From: Rhodoblastus sp.
GTDB lineage: Bacteria > Pseudomonadota > Alphaproteobacteria > Rhizobiales > Beijerinckiaceae
Assembly: GCA_020442275.1 (NCBI GenBank)
Contig: JAGRKN010000015.1
Span: 11,369 to 75,368, forward strand
Reading direction: 5' to 3'
Length of the DNA: 64,000 nt
This document shows, one piece after another, positions 8,583-18,706 of this stretch (position 1 is its first letter; each line of letters begins with the position of its first letter). Both the position numbers and the translations under genes were made by a program. The notes beneath the pieces were generated by a model. That model was not told where the DNA came from. It saw only the letters and a program-made list of their open reading frames with translations, and ran no database searches.

Positions 8583-11500
8583 CTAACCGCAGCCGCCGGA
8601 CGAAGCATGGCAATCGGAGCACGTTTCGCACGTGCCGGTTCGGATCATTCGCGTCGAGCCGCATGCGGAGCAGATGCTGCCGCTGTAGGAGGCCTCTGGC
8701 TTCGGCGGCGGCGCCTTGCGAGGCGCGGCGGCCGGGGCTGGCGCGGGCAATGCGGGCTCGGGCTTGTTGGGAACGCCGAGCCCGGTATGGCCGTTGTCAT
8801 TCTCGTCCGGCTTGACGTTCGCGAGGTCGAAGCGATCGAGGTAATTGATCGCGAGATCGCGGAACACGAAGTCGAGGAGCGAGCGCGTCATCTTGATGTG
8901 ATCGTGATCGCGGACGAGGCCGGCCGGCTCGAAGCGGGTGTCGACGTATGCGTCGACGTATTCCTCGAGCGGCACGCCGTACTGCAGGCCGATCGAGATC
9001 GCCATCGCGAAATTGTTCATCAGCGAGCGGAAGGCGGAGCCTTCCTTGTGCATGTCGAGGAAGATCTCGCCGAGCGAGCCGTCGGCGTAATTGCCGGTGC
9101 GAAGATAGATCTTGTGGCCGCCGACATTTGCCTTCTGCGTGTAGCCGAGACGCTTGGCGGGCAGCTTGCGGCGTCCGTGCACGACGGCGTCGGCCATGAG
9201 GGCGGCGACCGTCTGGACGTCGACCTTGTCGGCGGCGACGCCGGCGGCGGCGAGCAGGGAGGCGGTCAGCGGTTGCGAGAGCTTGGAGCCGTCGCGATAC
9301 AGCGCGATCGCCTTCAGGCCGAGGCGCGCGCCGTACTCATAGGCGAGCTGGCAGTCGCGCACCGTGGCCTCGCGCGGCATGTTAATCGTCTTGGAGATCG
9401 CGCCCGACAGGAACGGCTGGCAGGCAGCCATCATCTGGAGGTGCGCCTGCCATTTGAGCGCGCGGCCGGTCGGTCCGACCGGATTCGCGCAATCGAAGAC
9501 GGTGCAGTGCTCGTCCTTGAGGTACGGCGCGTTTTCGACCGAGCCGGTGCCGCCGTAATAGACGTCGATCTGGGCGATGTCCTCGTCGGTGAGGCCGAGG
9601 TGAGTGGCGAGGCCAAGGCCGATTTCGCGAGTCGTGCCGACGGCCGACAGATCCTCGGTCGCGAAATCCTCGGCCGACAGGGCGCGCTTGAGGCCGAGGC
9701 CGGCCTTCATGCGGGAGGCGATGGTCGCGAGCATGGCGTCGGAGACGCCGCGGCTGTGGAGGTGCTCGATGGCGGAGGCCGGCAGGTCGCCGTGACCAAT
9801 GATGTGGGCGACGATTTCCGTCTTCTGCGCGTCGGGATAGCCGAGCGCGTCGAGGGCGGGCGCGATGGAGTCCGAGCAGATGCGCAGGAAGCCGCCGCCG
9901 GCGAGCGTCTTGTACTTGATGAGCGAATAATCGGGCTCGATGCCGGTGGTGTCGCAGTCCATTGCGAAGGAGATCGTGCCGGTCGGCGCGAGAACGGTCA
10001 CTTGCGCGTTGCGGAAGCCATAGGTCTCGCCGTCCGCGACGGCACGCGCCCAGTAGCGGTCGGACAGCGTGACGAGCTCGGTGTAGCTCGTCGGCATGGA
10101 GGCGCGGTCGAGCGGACGCGGCGCGTTCGTGATGCCGATGTACTTGCCTTGGAGCGCACCGGCGGCGATCGCGTGGTTGCGGATGACCTCGTTCATGCGG
10201 CCGTTCGGCATGTAGCCGGCAAACGCGCCCTTTTCGGCGGCCATTTCGGCCGAGGTCGCGTAGGCGACGGCGGTCATGAGGGACGTCAGCGCGCCGGCGA
10301 CCGCGCGCCCGGGCGCGGAATCGTAGCCGAAGCCCATGCGCATAAGCAGCGAGCCGAGGTTGGCGTAGCCGAGGCCCAGCGTCCGGTACATCCAGGAGAG
10401 TTCGGCGATCTTCGGCGATGGGAACTGCGCCATGACGACCGAGATCTCGAGGACGAGCGTCCAGAGGCGGCAGGCATGCGCGTAGCCCGTCGCGTCGAAA
10501 TGACCCTGGCCGTCGTAGAAGGCGACGAGGTTCAGCGACGCGAGATTGCAGGCGGTGTCGTCGATGAACATGTATTCCGAGCAGGGATTTGAGCCCCGGA
10601 TCGGCCCGGCATGCGGGCAGGTGTGCCAGTCGTTGATCGTCGTCTTGAGGTGGATGCCGGGGTCGGCGCACTGCCAGGCGCGATGCGCGACCGTGTTCCA
10701 GAGCGTGCGCGCATGAATGGTCTTGGCGATCTTGCCGTCGGTGCGGCGGATCAGGTTCCAGTCCTCGTCCTTGGCGACGGCGCGCAGGAAGGCGGCCGGG
10801 AGCGCGATGGTGTTGTTGGAATTCTGGCCGGAGACGGTGCGGTAGGCCTCCGAATCCCAGTTGGCGACGAAGGTCGGGAAGTCGATCGCGATGCCCTGCT
10901 GGGCTTCGCGGATCGCGCGATCGATGAGGCCGTCCGGGACGAGATCCTTGCGCGCAGCGCCGATTGCGCCCGCAAGCGTCGAATTGGTGGATGGGTCGGC
11001 GCCATTGGCGGCGGCGTCGGCGATGGCGCTGACATGGCGGAAGCACAGGTGCGAGCCGGCAATGAGCGCGGCGACCTTGTTTTCTTCCTGGGCCTTCCAG
11101 TCGACGAAGGCTTCGATGTCCGGATGGTCGGCGTCGACGATGACCATCTTGGCGGCGCGGCGGGTCGTGCCGCCGGACTTGATTGAGCCGGCGGCGGCGT
11201 CGCCGATCTTGAGGAAGGACATTAGGCCGGAGGACTTGCCGCCGCCGGAAAGCTTCTCGTTCTCGCCGCGCAGCGTCGAGAAATTGGTGCCGGTGCCCGA
11301 GCCGTACTTGAAGATGCGCGCTTCGCGCATCCACAGATCCATGATGCCGCCGTCGTTGACGAGGTCGTCGTCGATCGACTGGATGAAGCACGCGTGCGGC
11401 TGAGGTCTCTCGTAGGCCGAAGACGAGGGGATCGGCTCGCCGCTCTCCGGGTCGGGGTAGTAATGGCCCTGGGCCGGGCCGTTGATGCCGTAGGCCCAAT

Positions 11501-11945
11501 GGAGGCCGGTGTTGAACCACTGGGGCGAATTCGGAGCGGCCATCTGGCGCTCCAGCATCGCGATGATCTCGCGATGGAAGTTGCGGGCGTCGTCTTCGGC
11601 GTCGAAATAGCCGAATTTCCAGCCCCAGTAGGTCCAGCAGCCGGCCATGCGGCCGAGCGCCTGGGCGATCGAGGTCTCGCCACCGAAAGAGGCGTCGGGC
11701 GCGGGCTCGCGGCGCTGGATCCATTCGGGCACGCCGTCTTCGTGAATCGGCACCGTCTTGTCGGGAACGCCGGCGCGGCGCAGGTATTTCTGGGCGACGA
11801 TGTCGATCGCCGACTGCGACCAGGTGGCGGGCGCCTCGATGTTGCTGTGCTCGAAGATTACGGCGCCGTCGGCGGCGGTGATCTTGGAATGCGCGATGCA
11901 GTACGCCGGATTGTGGTCGATGGCGTAACGCTGCTCGATTTTCAT
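8583..11945 (-). CDS. nrdJ: Adenosylcobalamin-dependent (class II) ribonucleotide reductase with C-terminal Cys-rich tail
   Basis: 1120 aa. Contains [41 protein letters not shown]. The tail is [29 protein letters not shown] after a P/A-rich linker. Confidence 0.93.
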   Translation of the reverse strand: MKIEQRYAIDHNPAYCIAHSKITAADGAVIFEHSNIEAPATWSQSAIDIVAQKYLRRAGVPDKTVPIHEDGVPEWIQRREPAPDASFGGETSIAQALGRMAGCWTYWGWKFGYFDAEDDARNFHREIIAMLERQMAAPNSPQWFNTGLHWAYGINGPAQGHYYPDPESGEPIPSSSAYERPQPHACFIQSIDDDLVNDGGIMDLWMREARIFKYGSGTGTNFSTLRGENEKLSGGGKSSGLMSFLKIGDAAAGSIKSGGTTRRAAKMVIVDADHPDIEAFVDWKAQEENKVAALIAGSHLCFRHVSAIADAAANGADPSTNSTLAGAIGAARKDLVPDGLIDRAIREAQQGIAIDFPTFVANWDSEAYRTVSGQNSNNTIALPAAFLRAVAKDEDWNLIRRTDGKIAKTIHARTLWNTVAHRAWQCADPGIHLKTTINDWHTCPHAGPIRGSNPCSEYMFIDDTACNLASLNLVAFYDGQGHFDATGYAHACRLWTLVLEISVVMAQFPSPKIAELSWMYRTLGLGYANLGSLLMRMGFGYDSAPGRAVAGALTSLMTAVAYATSAEMAAEKGAFAGYMPNGRMNEVIRNHAIAAGALQGKYIGITNAPRPLDRASMPTSYTELVTLSDRYWARAVADGETYGFRNAQVTVLAPTGTISFAMDCDTTGIEPDYSLIKYKTLAGGGFLRICSDSIAPALDALGYPDAQKTEIVAHIIGHGDLPASAIEHLHSRGVSDAMLATIASRMKAGLGLKRALSAEDFATEDLSAVGTTREIGLGLATHLGLTDEDIAQIDVYYGGTGSVENAPYLKDEHCTVFDCANPVGPTGRALKWQAHLQMMAACQPFLSGAISKTINMPREATVRDCQLAYEYGARLGLKAIALYRDGSKLSQPLTASLLAAAGVAADKVDVQTVAALMADAVVHGRRKLPAKRLGYTQKANVGGHKIYLRTGNYADGSLGEIFLDMHKEGSAFRSLMNNFAMAISIGLQYGVPLEEYVDAYVDTRFEPAGLVRDHDHIKMTRSLLDFVFRDLAINYLDRFDLANVKPDENDNGHTGLGVPNKPEPALPAPAPAAAPRKAPPPKPEASYSGSICSACGSTRMIRTGTCETCSDCHASSGGCG

Positions 11946-12217
11946 GCGAGGACTCCGGTTGGATTTTGTGTGTTATGACGGATAAATCTGGCGCGGACGG
12001 AAAATCCGTGCGGGAAAGGGATGGCGATCATCGTGGACCGCGTGTTCTGGTGCAAGTGGGCGGGCCGGATCGTAGGGAAAACCGGCGGGCGGCATTTGCG
12101 GGGTTCGGAAAGTGGGATGCCGAAATGCCGGTGGAAGAAGATGAAAAGGCTGTCGGTGGACGGAATGACGAGGGATCGGGTATTGTGGTGGGCCGCTCGA
12201 ACGGAAGAACGGAGCTC

Positions 12218-13159
12218 ATGACGGATCGACGGAATTTCTTGGGAGGTCTTGCGGCCGCCAGCTGTCTTGCGCTGGCGGGCTGCGGGACCGAGTACGTCGA
12301 CTTTTCCAATCCGCAGAGCATCGGAAGTTCGGCCGGGGCGATCGCGAAGCGGCTGGAGGCCGAGAAGGCGGGGCGCGGCGTGATGTTTGCGCGGGCGCTC
12401 TATCGAGCGGCGACGCCGGTCGGCTGGCGCGCGCCGGCCGACGACTTTGACCCGAAGGACGTCTTGCGGCTCGTGACGGACCGAGGCGCCGAGCCAGAAT
12501 TGCTGGGGCCGGATTTTTGTCAGGCGGTCATGGCTGGCGCCGCGCGGCTCGGCGGGGCTGACGTGAAGACGATTTCGTCGATCTATTGCGCAGACGATGG
12601 CGCAGCGCTCGGCCTGCAATGGGATTGGGCAAAAGGCTTCGGTGAACGCATCAAGCGGCGGATTGCGACGCTCGCGTTCGACGAGCAGCGGCGCAAGGGG
12701 ATCATCGAGCGCGTGACGCCGCGCAAGGCCGGGTATCGTTGGACGTCGGGCAGCCGGCGCGTGCCGGTGGTCGACGTCGAGATGTTCAATCCGATCGACC
12801 GGCCGCTGACCGGCATCGAATTCGCGGTCGATCTCATCGACCCGGGCGGCCAGGTCGTGGCGTCGGCGGTGATGCCGTTCAGTCCGACAGTCGCTTTGCA
12901 GCCGGGGGTGTTCGGGCAGTACGCGGTCGATGTGGGCCAATACAAAGGCTTCAACGATCCGGCCTATCGGGATCTGCGCGATCCCGTGCGCGTATCGATG
13001 AAGGTGCGCGACATATTCGTCGACGACCACCAGTCGGTGCTGCAGGCCAGGGACGATTCTCGCAACGACGACGCGCGACGCATTGCGATCGGGCGGCTCA
13101 TCTCGGAGATAGTGGATGCGAGGAACAATCTCGCCAAATATCGCGCTGCTTTTGGCTAG
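12218..13159 (+). CDS. Tat-signal lipoprotein, function unknown
   Basis: Internal ATG at 12218 gives MTDRRNFLGGLAAASCLALAGC (twin-arginine motif plus lipobox LAGC). The longer listed ORF (11966) has a junk-like N-terminus. Confidence 0.65.
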   Translation: MTDRRNFLGGLAAASCLALAGCGTEYVDFSNPQSIGSSAGAIAKRLEAEKAGRGVMFARALYRAATPVGWRAPADDFDPKDVLRLVTDRGAEPELLGPDFCQAVMAGAARLGGADVKTISSIYCADDGAALGLQWDWAKGFGERIKRRIATLAFDEQRRKGIIERVTPRKAGYRWTSGSRRVPVVDVEMFNPIDRPLTGIEFAVDLIDPGGQVVASAVMPFSPTVALQPGVFGQYAVDVGQYKGFNDPAYRDLRDPVRVSMKVRDIFVDDHQSVLQARDDSRNDDARRIAIGRLISEIVDARNNLAKYRAAFG

Positions 13160-13931
13160 TGTCGTCGTCGCTGGAGCCGCCGGCGCGGCCGATTACGGCG
13201 CGCCTGGCGTGTTCGACAAGGCGTGGTTCGAACAGCTGAACGAGGCGGCCGGGTCGCCGACTGACAAGCTCGTGAAGGCCTATGCCGCAATGAAGGGGCC
13301 GGGCGGCGGTAAGGTCGTGCAGGAGGACGGATGCGGCTGTGCCGTCGACGCGAGCGGCCGCATCGCCGATCCGATCAGCTGTGCCCCGGTGTTTCGCAGT
13401 GGGCGCGAGGAACTCGCGCGCGCGGTGGCGGTCGAGATTGTTCCGCCGTCGAGCTGGGCTTCGGGGCTTGCGTGTTATTCGGCGGGGGCGCCGTCGTGTC
13501 GCGGTGTGAAGGGTGCCCCGGTGGTCGGCGAATCGTGCTGCGAGATGGCCGACCGGAGCTATGCGAAAATCCGCAATGACGCGAATTTGTATGTGCTGAT
13601 CGCAGCGCCGCTCGCCGAGCAGCTCGGCGGATATTCCTTCGGAGTGACGCGGTCGGGCGAAAAGCTCAGCGCATCGTGTCGCATCGAGATCGACCGCGAG
13701 CGGCGTGTCTGGTCGTTGGGCGCGCGCTCGGAAGGGTTTGCGGCGCGCGCCTGGTTGTATGCCACCCGGCACTATGGCGCGCGTTCGCCGGAGCCGATTG
13801 GCGCATTGTTGCGGATGTCGGCCGATCAGCCGCCGGGGCCTGGCGAGGTCGCCCGCGCCAAGGCGATCGGGCTTGTACAGAACGGCCGCGGGCAGGATGT
13901 GACCATCGAAGCGGCGGAGGGAAGGAAGTGA
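13116..13931 (+). CDS. Secreted hypothetical protein (271 aa)
   Basis: N-terminal signal peptide IALLLASVVVAGAAGAAD. Several Cys residues. Overlaps the upstream gene by 44 nt. Confidence 0.55.
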   Translation: MRGTISPNIALLLASVVVAGAAGAADYGAPGVFDKAWFEQLNEAAGSPTDKLVKAYAAMKGPGGGKVVQEDGCGCAVDASGRIADPISCAPVFRSGREELARAVAVEIVPPSSWASGLACYSAGAPSCRGVKGAPVVGESCCEMADRSYAKIRNDANLYVLIAAPLAEQLGGYSFGVTRSGEKLSASCRIEIDRERRVWSLGARSEGFAARAWLYATRHYGARSPEPIGALLRMSADQPPGPGEVARAKAIGLVQNGRGQDVTIEAAEGRK

Positions 13932-14578
13932 TGACGGACGCAACGGGACCGCAAGAGACGCAAGTCGTAGCCGGATTGTCGGATGACGACGCCAGGGCGC
14001 GTCCGGCCGGTAATCGCCGGCCGAAGCCCGTAATCGTCGAGAAGGAAGAAGCGGCGGATGGGTTGGATGTGACCGCCGCTGAATATGAGGCGTCGGTTGG
14101 TGAAGGCGCGGCGGGCTCAGCGGAAGAGGGTGCAACCACGGAAGCGAATTCAGAGGCGGGCGAGGAAGGTGAGCCTGTCGGCGCCGATCCTGGCGTCGTC
14201 GATCAGCAAGAGATTGGGACGAACGAAACAGTGGAGGCGGTCGCGGAAGCGGAGGGCGTCGATTTTGAGGACGTTCGTACGGATTACTTCGATCCGGAAT
14301 TCACGACGCCGAAAGAAATATCGACAATGGCGTGCAATTTGGGAACGCAGATTTATCTGTCGCGATGGCAGAAGAAGCAGGACACGCCGATCCGGGCTGG
14401 TGTTGAGGATGCTGCGAAGATGATTACGTTTGCGTTCGACCATGAGCTGATCATGGAAACCTTCGACCGCGCGACGGAAGCGGCGAACGCCAATCGGAAT
14501 TTCCTCGAGACGTCGCGGCGCCGGATGAAGGCGCACATGGATGCAGCGGCGGAACAGCAGCAGGGTGGAGAGCAATGA
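13931..14578 (+). CDS. Acidic hypothetical protein (215 aa)
   Basis: ATG at 13931 shares one base with the upstream TGA (TGATG). The N-terminal half is E/D/A-rich. The longer listed ORF (13676) overlaps the previous gene. Confidence 0.5.
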   Translation: MTDATGPQETQVVAGLSDDDARARPAGNRRPKPVIVEKEEAADGLDVTAAEYEASVGEGAAGSAEEGATTEANSEAGEEGEPVGADPGVVDQQEIGTNETVEAVAEAEGVDFEDVRTDYFDPEFTTPKEISTMACNLGTQIYLSRWQKKQDTPIRAGVEDAAKMITFAFDHELIMETFDRATEAANANRNFLETSRRRMKAHMDAAAEQQQGGEQ

Positions 14579-15330
14579 AACGCATCGGAGTGATCGCAGC
14601 GGCGGTGTTGGCCGCCTTCATTGGTAGCGCCGCGGCGGCGGAGCCGCTGGCGACGAGGCCTGAAATGACGCCGCAGAGCGCGTCGGAAGAACGTCCGGCC
14701 GAGATTTTTGTCCGGGCGCTGCGGGCGATCGAGGCGCAGGAGGAGGCGTCGGTGCGCCTGCACGATGCGCTGCTCGAGTATTTTGCGATCCGGCTGACGG
14801 AAATGCCGCATGCGGTGTGGATCGGCGATACCAAGGCGGAGAGGACGGCGTTCGTCTTCGTCGATTACAGCGCGCCTTTTGCGTTCCGGTTTTTGCACGC
14901 GGTCGAGCAGTTCGCGGCGAAGGCGAAGGTGCGCTGCATCGTGCTGCCGGGGAGCATCGATACCGATCAGCAGCCGGTCGCCCGTTTCGTGGCCGGCGTG
15001 ACCGTGATCGGCGAGTTTCCGGCGCTGTTCGAGAAAGGCGTGTCGCTCGGCGACAAGTTCGATGGCGATGTCGTGAGGCTGGTTCCCGAGCAAAAGGGCA
15101 TGAAGGCGACCGAGGCCGGCGGAAAGGCCGAGGCGCTCGATCAGGCGGCGCTGGCCCGCCTGGTGCTTCTGGGTCTCGGCGCCAAGCATCCGACGCTATT
15201 GCGGCTGGACGGCAAGAGCTATGCGGGGTCGCTGGTCGATCCCGAGGAAATGGCCGCATTCTTCTCACAGCGTTCGTCCGCCGCCGATGCTTCGGTGAAG
15301 GCGTTCGAGGAGAAGATCGGCGGCCGCTAG
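14575..15330 (+). CDS. Secreted hypothetical protein (251 aa)
   Basis: ATGA overlap with the upstream gene. Signal peptide MKRIGVIAAAVLAAFIGSAAAAEP. Confidence 0.6.
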   Translation: MKRIGVIAAAVLAAFIGSAAAAEPLATRPEMTPQSASEERPAEIFVRALRAIEAQEEASVRLHDALLEYFAIRLTEMPHAVWIGDTKAERTAFVFVDYSAPFAFRFLHAVEQFAAKAKVRCIVLPGSIDTDQQPVARFVAGVTVIGEFPALFEKGVSLGDKFDGDVVRLVPEQKGMKATEAGGKAEALDQAALARLVLLGLGAKHPTLLRLDGKSYAGSLVDPEEMAAFFSQRSSAADASVKAFEEKIGGR

Positions 15331-15656
15331 ATCGCGATTTGCGTCACGCCGGGGATCTGGACGATCTCGTCGGTGAAAGTTTCGTCGGGCTGGAACTTTC
15401 GGAGGTTGAGGGCGATCTCGACCTCCGAGTTGTAGCTCGCCATTTCCAGCACGATGACGAGGCGGCGATTGTCGCCGATGCCGGACCGGCCGTAGGCGAG
15501 GTAGGCGGCGCGGATGGCGTCGAGCGCTGTGACGCCGGCAGCCTCCTGGACGTGGATGCGGACGGGGTGGCCGGGTGATGCCGGGACGACAACGGCTCGT
15601 TGCGCGAGGCGCGGCGCTTCGTCGACAAGGGCGAGATCGAAATCGAGATTGCTCAT
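15327..15656 (-). CDS. Hypothetical protein (109 aa) translationally coupled to dnaE
   Basis: ATG at 15656 (MSNLDFDLALV...) overlaps the dnaE stop as ATGA. Its stop overlaps the stop of the convergent plus-strand gene (CTAG). Confidence 0.55.
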   Translation of the reverse strand: MSNLDFDLALVDEAPRLAQRAVVVPASPGHPVRIHVQEAAGVTALDAIRAAYLAYGRSGIGDNRRLVIVLEMASYNSEVEIALNLRKFQPDETFTDEIVQIPGVTQIAI

Positions 15657-18600
15657 GCGACCTTCGCTTTCGCGCGCGCGAGCTTGCGCGCGCTGTAGGC
15701 GGCGGCCGGCGTCCATTCGAGAATGGTGCGCTGTGCGCCGATGCGCACGACGTAGACGCCTGGGCCGTCACGGGTGGGTGGAGGCGGCAGGAGGCCGCCT
15801 TTCATGACGGCGCGCAGGGTCGTTTGTCCGTCATCGAGGACGACGGCGATGCGCGAATCCTGCTCCTCGATCTGGGCGAAGACGGCGAGCGCTTCGGTCG
15901 AGACCGTCTTGGACGCCTTTCCGGCGGCGGCCAGCGTATGGACGCGGACGTTGTCGACCAGATGGGCGAATTGATCCGTCGGATGGCGCGTGAGCGAGAA
16001 GCCGTAGGCCGAGGCCTCCATCGCCGCCATTTCGGCGCGGGTAAGCGGCGTGATGCCGCGGACGTGCGGCGAGGCGGCGAAGAGCTGGGGCCCGGAAGGC
16101 GCGTCGCCGCTCTCCAGCTCGGTGAGATAGAGCTGGCGCGAGGTTTCTGGAGGGATGGTCGCATCGAGGGTGTCGAAAGCGCCGGCGCGGATGAGAAGCT
16201 CCATCGTGTGCTTCTTGACGACGGCCGACATCCGCTTGCGGAACTCGACGAAATCGAAAAAGGGGCCGTTGGCTTCGCGCTCGAGACGGATGGCGCGCGC
16301 GACGTCGTGACCGACGCCTTTGATACCGGAGAGCGCGTAGACGATGGAGTTGGCTTCGCCGTTGGTTTCGAGCGTGATGTCGAAGAGTTCGCCTGAAAGA
16401 TTGACGTCAGCCGGTGTGATCGGGACGCCGAGGCGACGGATTTCGGCGACGTCGATTTCGAGGCGGCCGGTGGAATTGGCGTCCTGGTCCATGCAGGCCG
16501 CCATGTAGGCCTGATAGTGATGGGCCTTGAGCCAGGCCGTGACCGAGGTGATGCGGGCATAGGCCGCCGCGTGCGAGCGGTTGAAGCCGTAACCGGCGAA
16601 TTTCGCGACCATGGCGAAGATGTCGCGCGCCTGTGCTTCCGTCATGCGCGGTTCGAGCGTAGCGTTGGCGACGCAGCCTTCGATGAAGGACTTTTCGAGC
16701 GCGGCCATTTCTTCCGGGATCTTTTTGCCCATGGCGCGGCGCAGGAGATCGGCTTCCGCCAGGCTGTAGCCGGCCAGGCGACGGGCCAGATCCATGATCT
16801 GTTCCTGGTAGATCGGAATCCCGTAGGTCGAATGGAGAACCGCGGCCAGCGCCGGATGCGGGTAAGCGATCGGCGCATAGCCTTTCTTGCGGGCGGCGTA
16901 GATGGGGATCTGGTCCATCGGGCCGGGGCGATAGAGCGAGATCAGCGCGACGATATCTTCGAAGCTCGAGATGCCGACGCGCGAGATCGCCCGCTTCATG
17001 CCGGTCGATTCCAGCTGGAAGACGTTGATGGTCCAGCCCTGGCGGAGCATGTCGAAGACGGTTGCGTCTTCGTAGGGCGTCTTCCACGGATCGAAGATTG
17101 CTCCGGTCTTGGCGGCCAGTTCGCGCGCACGGTCGATGATGGTCAGGGTCTTGAGGCCGAGGAGGTCGAACTTCAGCAGGCCCTGGTTGTCGATCGACTT
17201 CATGTCGAACTGGGTTGCCGGGATGCCGGCCGGCGCGCCTTCGTTGTCGGAGAGCGGCGTGATCGATTCCAGCGGATCGTCGGCGAGCACGACGCCGGCG
17301 GGATGGCGCGTCTTGTGAGCGACGACGCCTTCGATCTTGATGGCCGACTGCATTGCCTCGGCGCATTCGACGTCGGAGCCGAGCGCTTCGCGCAGCGCCG
17401 GGCTTTCGGTCAGCGCGGCCTCGAGCGAGTCGACCTTGTCCGGGATGAGGTCGGCGATGCGCTTTTGCTGTCCGGGCGTCAGGCCGAGCGCGCGGCCGGC
17501 GGTGCGCCAGGCGGCCTTCGGCTGCAGGGTTTGCCAGGCGCCGATCTGGGCTACGTGGTCGAGCCCGTAGCGATCGACGATATAGGCGACGACGCGGTCG
17601 CGGCGGCGCTCGCAGAAGTCGATGTCGAAGTCGGGCGGCGAGACGCGCGAGGGGTTGATGAAGCGCTCGAAGAAGAGGCCGAGCTCGATCGGATCGAGAT
17701 CGGTAATGCCGAGGCACCATGCGATGAGCGATCCCGCGCCGGAGCCGCGGCCAGGGCCGACCGGAATGCCGGAGGCTTTTGCAGCATTGACGAAGTCGGC
17801 GACGATCAGGAAGTAGCCGGCAAAGCCGAGCTTGATGATGATCTCGATTTCCATCGCGTAGCGCGCGTCATAGGCGGCGCGGTCGCTGATGCCGTGTTCG
17901 GAAAGACGCTTTTCGAGCCCTTGCGCCGAGACGGTCCGCAGGGTCGCCTTCTCGTCGACGCCCTTGAATGTCGGCATCGACGGCTTGTTCTGGGTGAGCG
18001 CAAAATTGCAGCGGGTGGCGAGCGCGATGGCGTTGTCGGTCGCTCCGGGCAGATCGGCGTAGAGCTCGCGGATTTCTCCGTCGGACAGGTAGTGGGCGAC
18101 CGGCCAGCGCGGCTTCTGGTCTTCGCCGAGAATGTTGATGATGTCGGTGTCGACGGATTCCGCGACGACCGGGATCGGCGCGGCGATCGAGGGGATCGAG
18201 AGCGATGCGGCCTTGCGCGCGACGGCGCGCCCCTGGAGGCCGCCGGCCGAGCGTGCGATGGCGAAGGCGAGCCGATCGGCGGGCAGCCCGGCGATGAGGG
18301 CGGCGATCGCTTCGTGATCGGTGGCAGCCCATGCGGTCGCGGCTGGGCAGCCGGCGTCGATCGAGATGAACAGGGGCGCCGCGGCAAGGGCGGCGATGAG
18401 CTGGGCAAGGTTGAATTGCTTCAGGCGCAGCTCGTTCGAGATGCGGCAGAGCGCCGGCCAGCCCGGGGCGTCCTCGATGTGGACCGCGATTTCGAGGTCG
18501 TCGAGGACGAGACGCGTCCCCAGAACGGCTTTGAGGCCCTTTTTCTTGGCCTCGAGCGATAGTTCGTAGGCGCCGGCGAGGGCCTGGTCGTCGCAGAGCG

Positions 18601-18706
18601 AGGCGACGCCCGACGTTTTGGCGAGCGCGACGATCTTCTTCGGGCTGAGCAGGGAGCGGCCGGTCGTGTAATGACTGGCGGCGTAGAGGAGCGGGATCGC
18701 GCTCAT
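15653..18706 (-). CDS. dnaE: C-family DNA polymerase (Pol III alpha-like), short form with degenerate PHP domain
   Basis: 1017 aa from ATG 18706 (MSAIPLLYAASHYTTG), overlapping the dnaQ stop as ATGA. Hallmarks: PPDFDIDF, GLLKFDLLGLKTLT, FNRSHAAAYA, HhH IKGVGHDVARAI, QLF clamp-binding-like motif at 16079-16087, and an OB fold at the C-terminus. There is no tau-binding tail. The listed 1351-aa ORF N-terminus is R/P-rich junk overlapping dnaQ. Confidence 0.9.
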   Translation of the reverse strand: MSAIPLLYAASHYTTGRSLLSPKKIVALAKTSGVASLCDDQALAGAYELSLEAKKKGLKAVLGTRLVLDDLEIAVHIEDAPGWPALCRISNELRLKQFNLAQLIAALAAAPLFISIDAGCPAATAWAATDHEAIAALIAGLPADRLAFAIARSAGGLQGRAVARKAASLSIPSIAAPIPVVAESVDTDIINILGEDQKPRWPVAHYLSDGEIRELYADLPGATDNAIALATRCNFALTQNKPSMPTFKGVDEKATLRTVSAQGLEKRLSEHGISDRAAYDARYAMEIEIIIKLGFAGYFLIVADFVNAAKASGIPVGPGRGSGAGSLIAWCLGITDLDPIELGLFFERFINPSRVSPPDFDIDFCERRRDRVVAYIVDRYGLDHVAQIGAWQTLQPKAAWRTAGRALGLTPGQQKRIADLIPDKVDSLEAALTESPALREALGSDVECAEAMQSAIKIEGVVAHKTRHPAGVVLADDPLESITPLSDNEGAPAGIPATQFDMKSIDNQGLLKFDLLGLKTLTIIDRARELAAKTGAIFDPWKTPYEDATVFDMLRQGWTINVFQLESTGMKRAISRVGISSFEDIVALISLYRPGPMDQIPIYAARKKGYAPIAYPHPALAAVLHSTYGIPIYQEQIMDLARRLAGYSLAEADLLRRAMGKKIPEEMAALEKSFIEGCVANATLEPRMTEAQARDIFAMVAKFAGYGFNRSHAAAYARITSVTAWLKAHHYQAYMAACMDQDANSTGRLEIDVAEIRRLGVPITPADVNLSGELFDITLETNGEANSIVYALSGIKGVGHDVARAIRLEREANGPFFDFVEFRKRMSAVVKKHTMELLIRAGAFDTLDATIPPETSRQLYLTELESGDAPSGPQLFAASPHVRGITPLTRAEMAAMEASAYGFSLTRHPTDQFAHLVDNVRVHTLAAAGKASKTVSTEALAVFAQIEEQDSRIAVVLDDGQTTLRAVMKGGLLPPPPTRDGPGVYVVRIGAQRTILEWTPAAAYSARKLARAKAKVA

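Noticed and set aside
8526-10592. 688-aa ORF on the plus strand opposite nrdJ. Similar long antisense ORFs occur at 797-2674, 16517-18562, 28352-32425, 32467-34995, 43901-46018, 46983-49238, 49293-51170 and 59940-61598.
   Set aside because: Each lies antisense to a gene with strong family motifs. The translations are R/G/A/D-rich with no motifs. Long stop-free antisense frames are expected in GC-rich DNA.
11946-12217. Possible cobalamin riboswitch or other leader in the 270-bp spacer upstream of nrdJ.
   Set aside because: I could not find a B12-box-like core (..AGYCMGgAgaCCkGCc..) or the GGGAA/GGTG arrangement on either strand. B12 riboswitches normally control B12-independent isozymes rather than nrdJ. 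A covariance-model scan (Rfam RF00174) would settle it.
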